Positions 55,781 through 64,000 of a stretch of 64,000 nt of DNA are shown here, piece by piece. The notes beneath the pieces are model-generated. The model was not told the DNA's origin, did not search any database, and was given only the letters and a program-made list of their open reading frames with translations. Source of the DNA: Bacteroidales bacterium (GTDB taxonomy: Bacteria; Bacteroidota; Bacteroidia; Bacteroidales; SZUA-534); assembly GCA_046704385.1 (NCBI GenBank), contig JBJKSB010000041.1, positions 159,106-223,105 on the forward strand. Direction: 5' to 3'. The position numbers and the translations under genes were made by a program. Position 1 is the first letter of the stretch. Each line of letters begins with the position of its first letter.

Positions 55781-57226
55781 ATGAGTGCTAAAGATAAAAT
55801 ATTGAATGACGTTACGCAGAGCGATTACAAATATGGATTTGTTTCGAACATTGAGAGTGAATCCATACAAAAAGGATTGAACGAAGATGTCATTCGGTTA
55901 ATTTCTGCCAAGAAAAACGAACCGGATTGGATGCTTGAATTCCGACTGAATGCATACCGTGGCTGGTTAAAAATGAAAATGCCCCGATGGGCACATTTAA
56001 AAATTCCGGAAATTAACTATCAGGATATCGTTTATTACTCGGCACCTAAGCAAAAGGCAGACTATGGTAGTCTTGATGAAGTAGATCCTGATTTGCTTGA
56101 AACCTTTGATAAGTTGGGAATTCCGCTTAACGAACAAAAATTGTTAGCCGGTGTAGCCGTTGATGCCGTAATGGACAGCGTTTCGGTAAAAACAACTTTT
56201 CGTGACACGCTGGCTGAAAAAGGTATAATCTTTTGTTCGTTCAGTGAAGCTGTAAAAGAACATCCCGATTTGGTTCGAAAACATATGGGTTCGGTAGTAC
56301 CACCAACCGACAATTATTTTGCCGCCCTTAATTCAGCCGTTTTTTCTGACGGATCGTTTTGCTATATTCCTAAAGGGGTGCGTTGTCCCATGGAATTAAG
56401 CACCTATTTCAGAATAAATGCTGCTAATACCGGACAATTTGAGCGAACCCTGTTGGTGGCCGAGGACGATAGTTATGTTTCGTATCTTGAGGGCTGTACG
56501 GCTCCTATGCGTGACGAAAACCAGTTGCATGCTGCTATTGTTGAGATTGTGGCGATGAATAATGCCGAAGTTAAATATTCAACCGTTCAAAATTGGTACC
56601 CCGGTGATAAAAACGGAAAAGGGGGCATCTATAATTTTGTAACCAAAAGGGGTTTATGCCAGGGTAAAGGCTCTAAAATTTCGTGGAGCCAGGTGGAAAC
56701 CGGATCGGCGATTACATGGAAATATCCAAGTACTATTTTGTTGGGTGACAATTCCACATCGGAGTTTTATTCGGTTGCAGTTACCAATAACCATCAGCAG
56801 GCTGATACCGGCACCAAAATGATACATATTGGCAAAAATACCAAAAGTACCATTGTATCGAAGGGGATTAGCGCCGGCATGAGTCAGAATAGTTACCGGG
56901 GTTTGGTAAAGGTTTCGAAAAGAGCCGACGGTGCACGAAATTTTTCACAGTGCGATTCCCTGTTGCTTGGCGATAAGTGTGGGGCGCATACTTTTCCGTA
57001 TGTGGAATGCGAAAATAATACTGCAATTCTGGAACATGAAGCCACAACTTCGAAAATTGGTGAAGACCAGATTTTTTATTGCAACCAGCGAGGCATATCC
57101 ACTGAAGATGCCGTGGGCATGATTGTAAACGGCTATGCCAAAGAGGTACTGAATACATTGCCTATGGAATTTGCAGTTGAGGCGCAAAAATTATTGCAAA
57201 TCAGCCTGGAAGGTTCAGTAGGATAA
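55781..57226 (+). CDS. sufB: Fe-S cluster assembly scaffold protein SufB
   Basis: 481 aa. Its length, its position at the head of the sufB-sufC-sufD gene order and its overall sequence fit SufB. Confidence 0.95.
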   Translation: MSAKDKILNDVTQSDYKYGFVSNIESESIQKGLNEDVIRLISAKKNEPDWMLEFRLNAYRGWLKMKMPRWAHLKIPEINYQDIVYYSAPKQKADYGSLDEVDPDLLETFDKLGIPLNEQKLLAGVAVDAVMDSVSVKTTFRDTLAEKGIIFCSFSEAVKEHPDLVRKHMGSVVPPTDNYFAALNSAVFSDGSFCYIPKGVRCPMELSTYFRINAANTGQFERTLLVAEDDSYVSYLEGCTAPMRDENQLHAAIVEIVAMNNAEVKYSTVQNWYPGDKNGKGGIYNFVTKRGLCQGKGSKISWSQVETGSAITWKYPSTILLGDNSTSEFYSVAVTNNHQQADTGTKMIHIGKNTKSTIVSKGISAGMSQNSYRGLVKVSKRADGARNFSQCDSLLLGDKCGAHTFPYVECENNTAILEHEATTSKIGEDQIFYCNQRGISTEDAVGMIVNGYAKEVLNTLPMEFAVEAQKLLQISLEGSVG

Positions 57227-57316
57227 ATGAAATTGAAAATTGATTAAATAATAAACCAGACGTATAAAAATTTATCTAAAAATCTTTCGTCTGAACTCTA
57301 AATATCTAATTTAAAG

Positions 57317-58069
57317 ATGTTAAGCATTAAAAATTTAAAAGCCGAAGTTGACGGTAAGGAGATATTAAAAGGTATCAACCTTGAAATTAAACCGGGTGAA
57401 GTTCATGCCATTATGGGGCCAAATGGCTCCGGGAAAAGTACGCTTTCGGCTGTTTTGGCAGGGAATGATCGCTATGATGTGACCGATGGCGAAGTTACAT
57501 TCCTGGATAAAAATCTGCTGGAAATGCCAGCCGAAGACCGGGCCCGCGAAGGTTTGTTTTTAAGCTTTCAGTATCCGATTGAAATTCCCGGAGTAAGTAT
57601 GGTGAATTTTTTAAAAACAGCTGTAAATGAGCACCGTAAATATCATGGAAAAGACCCGATGAGCGCCGGTGATTTTTTAAAAATGCTGCGCGATAAAAAA
57701 CAGGTAGTTGAAATTGATGACCGGTTGACATCCCGTTCGGTTAATGAGGGTTTTTCCGGCGGAGAGAAAAAGAAAAACGAAATTTTTCAAATGGCGGTGC
57801 TTGAACCAAAGCTGGCCATTCTGGACGAAACCGATTCGGGTTTGGATATTGATGCTCTGCGCGTTGTGGCCAACGGGGTTAACAAATTAAAAACCAGTGA
57901 AAATGCAACGATTGTAATTACACACTATCAGCGATTGCTTGATTATATAATTCCCGATTTTGTACATATATTATACCAGGGAAAAATCGTAAAATCGGGA
58001 GGTAAGGAACTTGCCCTTGAATTGGAAGAGAAGGGATATGATTGGATTAAAACCACGGTTGACGTGTAG
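57317..58069 (+). CDS. sufC: Fe-S cluster assembly ATPase SufC
   Basis: 250 aa. Walker A is 'GPNGSGKST', the ABC signature is 'FSGGEKKKNE' and Walker B is 'LAILDETDSGLD'. Confidence 0.95.
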   Translation: MLSIKNLKAEVDGKEILKGINLEIKPGEVHAIMGPNGSGKSTLSAVLAGNDRYDVTDGEVTFLDKNLLEMPAEDRAREGLFLSFQYPIEIPGVSMVNFLKTAVNEHRKYHGKDPMSAGDFLKMLRDKKQVVEIDDRLTSRSVNEGFSGGEKKKNEIFQMAVLEPKLAILDETDSGLDIDALRVVANGVNKLKTSENATIVITHYQRLLDYIIPDFVHILYQGKIVKSGGKELALELEEKGYDWIKTTVDV

Positions 58070-58155
58070 TTTAACAGGATAAAGATTTTTGAACGATGGA
58101 TCTGTTATTTCTCGAATTCAGGCCACAAATTTCAATATCCGAATTTTAATTAATT

Positions 58156-59523
58156 ATGAGCGAGTCCATTGATAGCAATACCATGAAATATAAGCTGATA
58201 AGCCTTTATCAGCAAAATAAAACCTCAATAGATGAAGGATTACCGGAATCGTTGAATAAATATCGCGATGAAGCCATTCGCAATTTTGACCGGCTGGGTA
58301 TTCCCTATAAAGGAGAAGAAAAATATAAATATACTGATTTAATGACAGCTTTTGGGAAGCTTTACGGATACGCATTTAAAGCTCCCAAAACAACAGTCGA
58401 TTCCCAAACGGTATTTCAGTGTGCCATTCCTGACCTTGACACACATACTATATTGCTTGAAAACGGATGGTATTATTCTAATAACCAGGAGTATGCCCGA
58501 TTACCAGAGAAGATTAAGGCAATGAGCCTTCGGGAGGCCGCTCAACAATATCCCGAATTGGTTGAGAAGCATTATAATAAACAAGCCGATAATTCATCGG
58601 AAGGTACCACTGCTTTTAATACGGCTCTTGCTCAGGATGGGTTGTTTTTGTATGTCCCTGATGGCGTAATTTTAGAAAAACCGATTCAAATCATTAATTT
58701 ATTGCGTGGCAGTAATCCGTTGTTGGTGAATCAGCGCAATTTGGTTATAGCAGGAAAAAACAGCCAGGCAAAACTAATAATTTGTGATCATACGCTTTCA
58801 CACCAGAATTTCCTTTCGAATACGGTAACTGAAATTTTTGTAGATGAAAATGCTTTATTCGATCTTTATAACATTCAGAATCAACATAACCAGTCGTCGC
58901 AAATCAATTCGGTGTATATGCGGCAAATGAAAAACAGCAATACGCTTACCAACACGCTAACCTTACACGGCGGCTTTGTGCGTAATAATGTTTGCATTTC
59001 GCTTGAACAGGAATACGCCGAGGCTCATGTTTACGGTTTGTCACTGGTCGACGGGCATCAACATGTAGATAATTATACTTTTATTGATCATAAAGTGGCG
59101 CATTGTACCAGTAACGAACTTTATAAGAATGTTCTTGATGATGAAGCAACCGGGGCTTTTCACGGAAGTATCCTGGTAAGGCCCGATGCTCAGAAAACAC
59201 TGGCTTTTCAATCGAATAAAAACATCTGCTTAACCGACAAAGCCCGGTTTTATACTAAGCCACAACTTGAAATTTATGCCGACGATGTAAAATGCAGCCA
59301 TGGGGCAACGGTTGGCCAGATAGATGAAGAGGCATTGTTTTATCTGAAAGCCAGAGGTATTAGCGGTTATGAGGCACGGATGATGTTAATGTATGCATTT
59401 GCTCATGAAGTGATCAGGAATATCAGGGTTCCGGTATTGGTCGAACGCTATGGCGAATTGGTTGAAAAACGCCTGCGCGGGGAATTAAGCCGATGCGAAG
59501 GCTGCTTTGTGCATTGTAATTAG
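58156..59523 (+). CDS. sufD: Fe-S cluster assembly protein SufD
   Basis: 455 aa. It follows sufC. The C-terminal region contains 'LEIYADDVKCSHGATVGQIDEEALFYLKARGIS', which is SufB/D family sequence. Confidence 0.9.
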   Translation: MSESIDSNTMKYKLISLYQQNKTSIDEGLPESLNKYRDEAIRNFDRLGIPYKGEEKYKYTDLMTAFGKLYGYAFKAPKTTVDSQTVFQCAIPDLDTHTILLENGWYYSNNQEYARLPEKIKAMSLREAAQQYPELVEKHYNKQADNSSEGTTAFNTALAQDGLFLYVPDGVILEKPIQIINLLRGSNPLLVNQRNLVIAGKNSQAKLIICDHTLSHQNFLSNTVTEIFVDENALFDLYNIQNQHNQSSQINSVYMRQMKNSNTLTNTLTLHGGFVRNNVCISLEQEYAEAHVYGLSLVDGHQHVDNYTFIDHKVAHCTSNELYKNVLDDEATGAFHGSILVRPDAQKTLAFQSNKNICLTDKARFYTKPQLEIYADDVKCSHGATVGQIDEEALFYLKARGISGYEARMMLMYAFAHEVIRNIRVPVLVERYGELVEKRLRGELSRCEGCFVHCN

Positions 59524-59576
59524 TTGGTTTTCAGAATTAGCGGAATGGTTTTATTTTCATCTAACTGCAAAATAAA

Positions 59577-59606
59577 AAAAGGCAGTATGTTTTCAAACTG
59601 CCTTTT
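59577..59606. terminator. Bidirectional Rho-independent terminator between sufD and the convergent T9SS-cargo gene
   Basis: A perfect 10-bp stem AAAAGGCAGT / ACTGCCTTTT is flanked by A-run/T-run sequence on both sides. Confidence 0.65.
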
Positions 59607-59631
59607 CAACTTAGTTAAAATTACATTGATT

Positions 59632-60957
59632 CTATTCTTTAATAATTTTTTTCTGTTCAACCAGGCCTGTCTGATCTTCAAATTCAACAAAATACAAACC
59701 TCTTTTTAGGTCGGAAATATCCATTTGTTCAACCGGTTTATTTAAATGGATTAATACTTGTCCTGAAACGTTAATTACTGAAGCGGAATTAACCGGCATT
59801 TGAAAATGAATAATATCACGGCAAGGGTTAGGATAAAGGATCAGCTCACTGCTTAAATTTTTATCAATCAGGCTTGTCCAGGTTGAAGTGGTAAAATGCC
59901 AGGGATTACAATATATAGTTTTTTTACCCGGGACAACGGCTGCAACCCTCCAGTAATAGGTGGTTTCCTCTTTCAGCGGTTCCAGATCAGTATTTGTTTG
60001 TTCAGTGGCTTTAAATTCTTTGGTAATATAAAATAAACTGTCAGTTCCATATTCCACATTGTAGCTTGTTGCCCCATCAACACTTTCCCATTTAACAGTT
60101 ACTGTATCATTTTTTTGGACAGAATAATCTGCCGGGGCAACATAATTTACTTCAGCGGGACAATCCATTCCCAGATCCAGCATTGAAATTTTATTTTCGT
60201 TAAACCTTGGAATCAACAATTTTTGATCATTTGGGCTGATTGAAATATCAGCCGGGCCGTTAATTCCTTTAATGATCTGTGTCGGAGGATTTTTAAAATC
60301 GGGATCAAAAGCATATACAGCTCCTGTTCCCCATGAAGTTACATAAATGTTACCACAATTATCACGGGCCAGGCCATCCAGGTCGGTTAACCGCGTAGTA
60401 ACCAGATCAGTAAGAGACGAATCGCTCAGACTCAACGATTGAATTTTAGCGTTGGATCCCATGCTACATACCATTACCGCATTTCTTTGACTGTCGTAAA
60501 GTAAGCCATTGGGATTAATTACCTTAGAATTAAAAATATCATATGCCTTTGTAGCCAGTGAAATTCTGTAAATACAGGATTTATTCATTTCAGAAACATA
60601 AATATTACCTTTCCCATCAGTGGTAACATCGTTTAAAAATTCTGTGCCCGGAATATTTACACGCATAACTTCAGATGCATCTGATAATAGATAGCCCTGT
60701 ACCGAAGTATTGTTTACTGAAATCAGCGTGTCGCCAATAATAATCAATCCTTTGGGTCCGTTTAATCCCGAAGTCACAAAATTTGTGAGCGTATTGTCCA
60801 GGCTTAACTGGACAATAGTGTTTCCACTTTTGTTTGATATAAGATATCTTTGTCCAACACTGTCATATACAATACTCTCAGGATTATTGTACGACTGGGC
60901 TACAGCGAAATATGACGAAGCAAGCACCAGGATTACCAATTGAAATTTCCTAATCAT
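59632..60957 (-). CDS. T9SS-secreted beta-propeller protein (NHL / SMP-30-like), FN3 and CTD
   Basis: 441 aa with a signal peptide. Propeller-like repeats include 'GPKGLIIIGD', 'PNGLLYDS' and 'GPADISISP'. The FN3-like region contains 'VTVKWESVDGATSYNVEYG'. The CTD begins 'LILYPNPCRDIIHF...GLYFVEF'. Confidence 0.7.
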   Translation of the reverse strand: MIRKFQLVILVLASSYFAVAQSYNNPESIVYDSVGQRYLISNKSGNTIVQLSLDNTLTNFVTSGLNGPKGLIIIGDTLISVNNTSVQGYLLSDASEVMRVNIPGTEFLNDVTTDGKGNIYVSEMNKSCIYRISLATKAYDIFNSKVINPNGLLYDSQRNAVMVCSMGSNAKIQSLSLSDSSLTDLVTTRLTDLDGLARDNCGNIYVTSWGTGAVYAFDPDFKNPPTQIIKGINGPADISISPNDQKLLIPRFNENKISMLDLGMDCPAEVNYVAPADYSVQKNDTVTVKWESVDGATSYNVEYGTDSLFYITKEFKATEQTNTDLEPLKEETTYYWRVAAVVPGKKTIYCNPWHFTTSTWTSLIDKNLSSELILYPNPCRDIIHFQMPVNSASVINVSGQVLIHLNKPVEQMDISDLKRGLYFVEFEDQTGLVEQKKIIKE

Positions 60958-61110
60958 AATTTGGGAGTTTTAATTAAACTTATTTTGAGTAACATTTTTA
61001 AAAGACCGATTAACGGTATTGTACCCTATTCAAATTCCTAAAAACTTAGTGTAAAAAATACACAAGCTCTGGGTTTTTGAAAATGTAATTGAAAAACCCG
61101 CTAATTTCAC

Positions 61111-61118
61111 TAAATTTG
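61111..61118 (+). promoter_or_regulatory. Bacteroidota -7 box (TAAATTTG) for pheS
   Basis: This matches TAnnTTTG, 28 nt upstream of ATG 61146. Confidence 0.4.
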
Positions 61119-61145
61119 CTCCCTGAATTTTAATGCATTAGTGCG

Positions 61146-62165
61146 ATGATTGATAAGATCAAGGATTTATTAAAGGAAACAGAAGATTTTACGGTAAAAA
61201 CAGTTGAGGAACTTGAAAATTTCAGGCTGAAGTATCTAAGTAAAAAAGGCCGGATTTCGCAATTGTTCAACGATTTTAAAAATGTTCCTAACGAGCAAAA
61301 AAAACGGGTTGGTCAGGAGATCAATAAACTCAAACAATTTGCCCAGGAAAAATTTGATGCATTAAAAGAATCGCTTGAAGATTTGGGAAGCCAGTCAAAA
61401 GGAGAGGACCTTACCCGACCAGGAGAACCCATGGAATTAGGTTCCCGGCATCCTATATCCATAGTACGGAATGAAATTATCAGCATATTTGGACGTTTAG
61501 GTTACACGGTTGCCGAAGGTCCTGAAATTGAGGACGACTGGCACGTATTTTCAGCCCTGAATTTTCCACCGGAACATCCGGCCCGCGACATGCAGGACAC
61601 TTTTTTTATCGATAAGGAAAATGAAATTTTACTAAGGACACATACTTCAAGTGTTCAGGTTCGTACCATGGAAACAACCAAACCGCCTATCCGAAGTATT
61701 TTTCCGGGAAGGGTTTTCAGAAACGAAGCCATTTCGGCACGTGCCCACTGTATATTTCACCAGGTTGAAGGATTGTTTGTGGCTGAAAATGTGTCGTTTG
61801 CCGATTTAAAACAAACCTTACTATATTTTGCCAAAGAGATGTTTGGTGAGCAAACCCAGATACGTTTGCGACCATCATATTTCCCGTTTACAGAACCATC
61901 AGCTGAAATGGACGTGTCGTGTTCCATTTGTGGAGGCAAAGGTTGTAATGTTTGTAAATACACCGGCTGGCTCGAAATTTTAGGCTGTGGTATGGTGGAT
62001 CCGAATGTACTTGAAAGCTGTGGTATTGATAGTGAGAAATATACCGGCTTTGCTTTTGGAATGGGTATTGAACGTATTGCCATGCTTAAATTCCAGGTAA
62101 AAGATTTACGGTTGTATTTTGAAAACGATGTACGCTTTTTGAGACAATTTAAATCAGCTTTTTAA
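61146..62165 (+). CDS. pheS: Phenylalanine--tRNA ligase alpha subunit
   Basis: 339 aa. The class II aaRS motifs 'HPARDMQDTFF', 'LLRTHTSSVQ' and 'GFAFGMGIERIAML' are present. Confidence 0.95.
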   Translation: MIDKIKDLLKETEDFTVKTVEELENFRLKYLSKKGRISQLFNDFKNVPNEQKKRVGQEINKLKQFAQEKFDALKESLEDLGSQSKGEDLTRPGEPMELGSRHPISIVRNEIISIFGRLGYTVAEGPEIEDDWHVFSALNFPPEHPARDMQDTFFIDKENEILLRTHTSSVQVRTMETTKPPIRSIFPGRVFRNEAISARAHCIFHQVEGLFVAENVSFADLKQTLLYFAKEMFGEQTQIRLRPSYFPFTEPSAEMDVSCSICGGKGCNVCKYTGWLEILGCGMVDPNVLESCGIDSEKYTGFAFGMGIERIAMLKFQVKDLRLYFENDVRFLRQFKSAF

Positions 62166-62215
62166 GATAAATAGAAGCAAGACTTAAGACAATAGACATA
62201 TGACTGTCACAGATC

Positions 62216-62252
62216 AGTTCCTGTCGAATAATTTGGTCAGGAACTTTTTTTT
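62216..62252 (+). terminator. Rho-independent terminator of pheS
   Basis: AGTTCCTG-(14 nt)-CAGGAACT is followed by TTTTTTTT. Confidence 0.7.
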
Positions 62253-62378
62253 AAGCCCTTTCAGATAGAAACATTTCCTTTATACCAAAGTGTTCTTTTC
62301 GCCTAAATTTTCTCCCAAATGTAACGCTCCTAATTTCGTTGCGTCTTTAACTTGAAACCTTTAAAACAACTTAAGACG

Positions 62379-64000
62379 ATGAAACGATTAGTAGCCGTAA
62401 TGCTTTTTGCGACCATGGTTTTGCTTAGCCAGGCGGCAATAAACCGAAAAGAATGCATTACCCAAAAAACCACGACTCATATTATTATTGATGGTGATTT
62501 AAACGACGAAGCCTGGCAAAATGCTCAATGGCACGAAGATTTCCAAATGTATTATCCTTATGACAATAAAAAACCTTCAGAACCTACGAGTTTTGCCATT
62601 ATGTATGATGAAGATTTTGTTTATGTGGCGATAAGAGCAAAGGATGAAAATCCGGCAATGATTACCCGTAGGTTAACCCGGCGCGATAATCTGGATGGCG
62701 ATTGGCTGGGCATACAGATAGACAGTTATAACGATAAACAAACAGCCTATAGCTTTAATGTAAGTGCAGCCGGTACCAAGCGTGATGCTTTTATATCGGA
62801 AGACGGAGACAGCGAGGATGATTCGTGGGATCCAATCTGGTGGGTTGAAACCAGGGTAACCAATGATGGCTGGGATGCTGAAATGAAGATACCTTTTTCG
62901 CAGTTGCGCTTTGTAAACAATTATGAGCAAACCTGGGGAATTCAGGTGGAAAGATACATTCAGCGAGATGAGGAAATTTCGATTTGGAATCCAAAGAAAA
63001 GAAATGATCCGGGATGGGTGCATCATTATGGAGAACTGAACGGTTTGGTGGACATCCAGCCTAAAAAAGTGATGGATTTGTATCCATATTCTGTGGGAAG
63101 TTTTTCAAGTTATCCCAAGGAAGACGGAAACCCTTATGCCGACGGTTCAGATTGGAAAGGTAACTTAGGACTTGATGGTAAAGTGGGTTTGACGAATAAC
63201 TTAACCCTCGATTTCACTATTAATCCTGACTTTGGACAGGTAGAAGCTGACCCTTCATCGGTGAATTTATCAGGATTTGAACTGTTTTTCCAGGAAAAGC
63301 GACCGTTTTTTATCGAAGGGAATAATATCATTAATTTTCCTTTAATGTTTGGTGATGGCGATTTAGCCTGGGAAAATCTCTTTTACAGTCGGCGTATTGG
63401 TCGAAGGCCCCAGTTTGAACCGGAGTTAAATGATGGCGAATACGCTAAAACACCTGATTATACCCGTATTATTGGGGCTGCGAAAATAACCGGACGCACT
63501 GAAAATGGTCTGAGTGTAGGCTTGCTCGAAAGTGTTACCTCACGCGAAAACGCCAAAATTCAAAACGCTGAAGGTGAGGAGTGGAGTAAAATGGTTGAAC
63601 CCATGACCAATTATGCTTCAGCAAGTGTACAAAAGGATTTTGGAGGAGGTAATACTCTATTAAAAGGAATGTTTAACTCGGTAAACCGTGACATCTCCAG
63701 CGATGACCTGAAATTTCTACACAAAAATGCGTATTCCGGAGGACTTGATTTTACCAAATACTGGAAAGATAAGACCTGGTTCTTTTTTGCCAAAGGGGCT
63801 TTTAGCAATGTTTCAGGAGATTCAACGGCCTTGATAAACACGCAACGCTCTACCACTCATAATTTTCAACGTCCCGATGCCACACATGTTAAGCTTGATT
63901 CGAGCCGCACCAGTCTTTCCGGTTATGGCGGCAATATTGCTATTGGGAAAACAGGAGGAGGTAAATTAAGTTTTGTCGCTGCCACCTATTTTAAATCGCC
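62379..64000 (+). CDS. DUF5916-type protein with an N-terminal CBM9-like domain; 3' end outside the window
   Basis: This gene is absent from the ORF track because it has no stop in the window. I translated it by hand from ATG 62379: MKRLVAVMLFATMVLLSQA..HIIIDGDLNDEAWQNAQW...INPDFGQVEADPSSVNLSGFELFFQEKRPFFIEG... The frame stays open to position 64000. The family name is recalled from memory. Confidence 0.8.
   Translation, partial: MKRLVAVMLFATMVLLSQAAINRKECITQKTTTHIIIDGDLNDEAWQNAQWHEDFQMYYPYDNKKPSEPTSFAIMYDEDFVYVAIRAKDENPAMITRRLTRRDNLDGDWLGIQIDSYNDKQTAYSFNVSAAGTKRDAFISEDGDSEDDSWDPIWWVETRVTNDGWDAEMKIPFSQLRFVNNYEQTWGIQVERYIQRDEEISIWNPKKRNDPGWVHHYGELNGLVDIQPKKVMDLYPYSVGSFSSYPKEDGNPYADGSDWKGNLGLDGKVGLTNNLTLDFTINPDFGQVEADPSSVNLSGFELFFQEKRPFFIEGNNIINFPLMFGDGDLAWENLFYSRRIGRRPQFEPELNDGEYAKTPDYTRIIGAAKITGRTENGLSVGLLESVTSRENAKIQNAEGEEWSKMVEPMTNYASASVQKDFGGGNTLLKGMFNSVNRDISSDDLKFLHKNAYSGGLDFTKYWKDKTWFFFAKGAFSNVSGDSTALINTQRSTTHNFQRPDATHVKLDSSRTSLSGYGGNIAIGKTGGGKLSFVAATYFKS

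Noticed and set aside
59524-59709. 61-aa plus-strand ORF after sufD
   Set aside because: It starts at a non-ATG codon, runs through the bidirectional terminator and is antisense to the CTD-encoding 3' end of the T9SS-cargo gene.
1-64000. CRISPR arrays, long tandem repeats, rRNA, transposases, or retron/DGR reverse transcriptases
   Set aside because: I saw no spaced direct-repeat arrays in any intergenic region over 100 bp. No ORF has transposase, integrase, Cas or RT motifs. This rests on reading by eye, so short or degenerate elements could have been missed.

Overview
This window looks like a chromosomal segment of a Bacteroidota genome. SusC/SusD pairs, a hybrid two-component regulator, several T9SS C-terminal sorting domains and TAnnTTTG-type -7 promoter boxes support that. 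Order or family cannot be assigned without a database search.

Layout:
- 1-6.3 kb: hexuronate/KDG catabolic operon (SDR fragment, uxaC, kdgK, eda, a DUF4861-like lipoprotein, uxaE).
- 6.7-12.7 kb: an orphan membrane histidine kinase, an alginate-lyase-fold lipoprotein and a tricorn-type S41 protease.
- 13.2-37.6 kb: one large pectin/rhamnogalacturonan polysaccharide utilization locus (PUL). It holds the hybrid regulator, SusC, SusD, two unknown surface proteins, GH28, a second DUF4861-like protein, GH105, a multidomain PL1, CE12, GH43, a CE8 and a divergent CE8-like protein.
- 37.8-43 kb: a membrane AraC regulator and three secreted proteins, two of them beta-propellers.
- 43-64 kb: housekeeping genes. 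These are tRNA(CAT) plus a truncated copy, mtnA, a HAD hydrolase, lgt, an amidohydrolase, a hemerythrin-like protein, a glycosyltransferase, a HEPN/MNT cassette, a 1154-aa protein that is probably a PPi-type PEPCK, sufBCD, pheS and a partial DUF5916 gene that the ORF track misses.

I found no CRISPR array, rRNA, transposase, integrase or recognisable multi-gene defence system.

The best candidates for undescribed biology are inside the pectin system: the two DUF4861-like paralogs, the two unknown PUL surface proteins and the CE8-like protein that has lost its oxyanion-hole glutamines. There are also some unexplained non-coding structures: a 20-bp inverted repeat upstream of the hybrid regulator, GC-rich hairpin clusters and the tRNA half-duplication.

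All functional calls come from motif recognition by eye. No searches were run.
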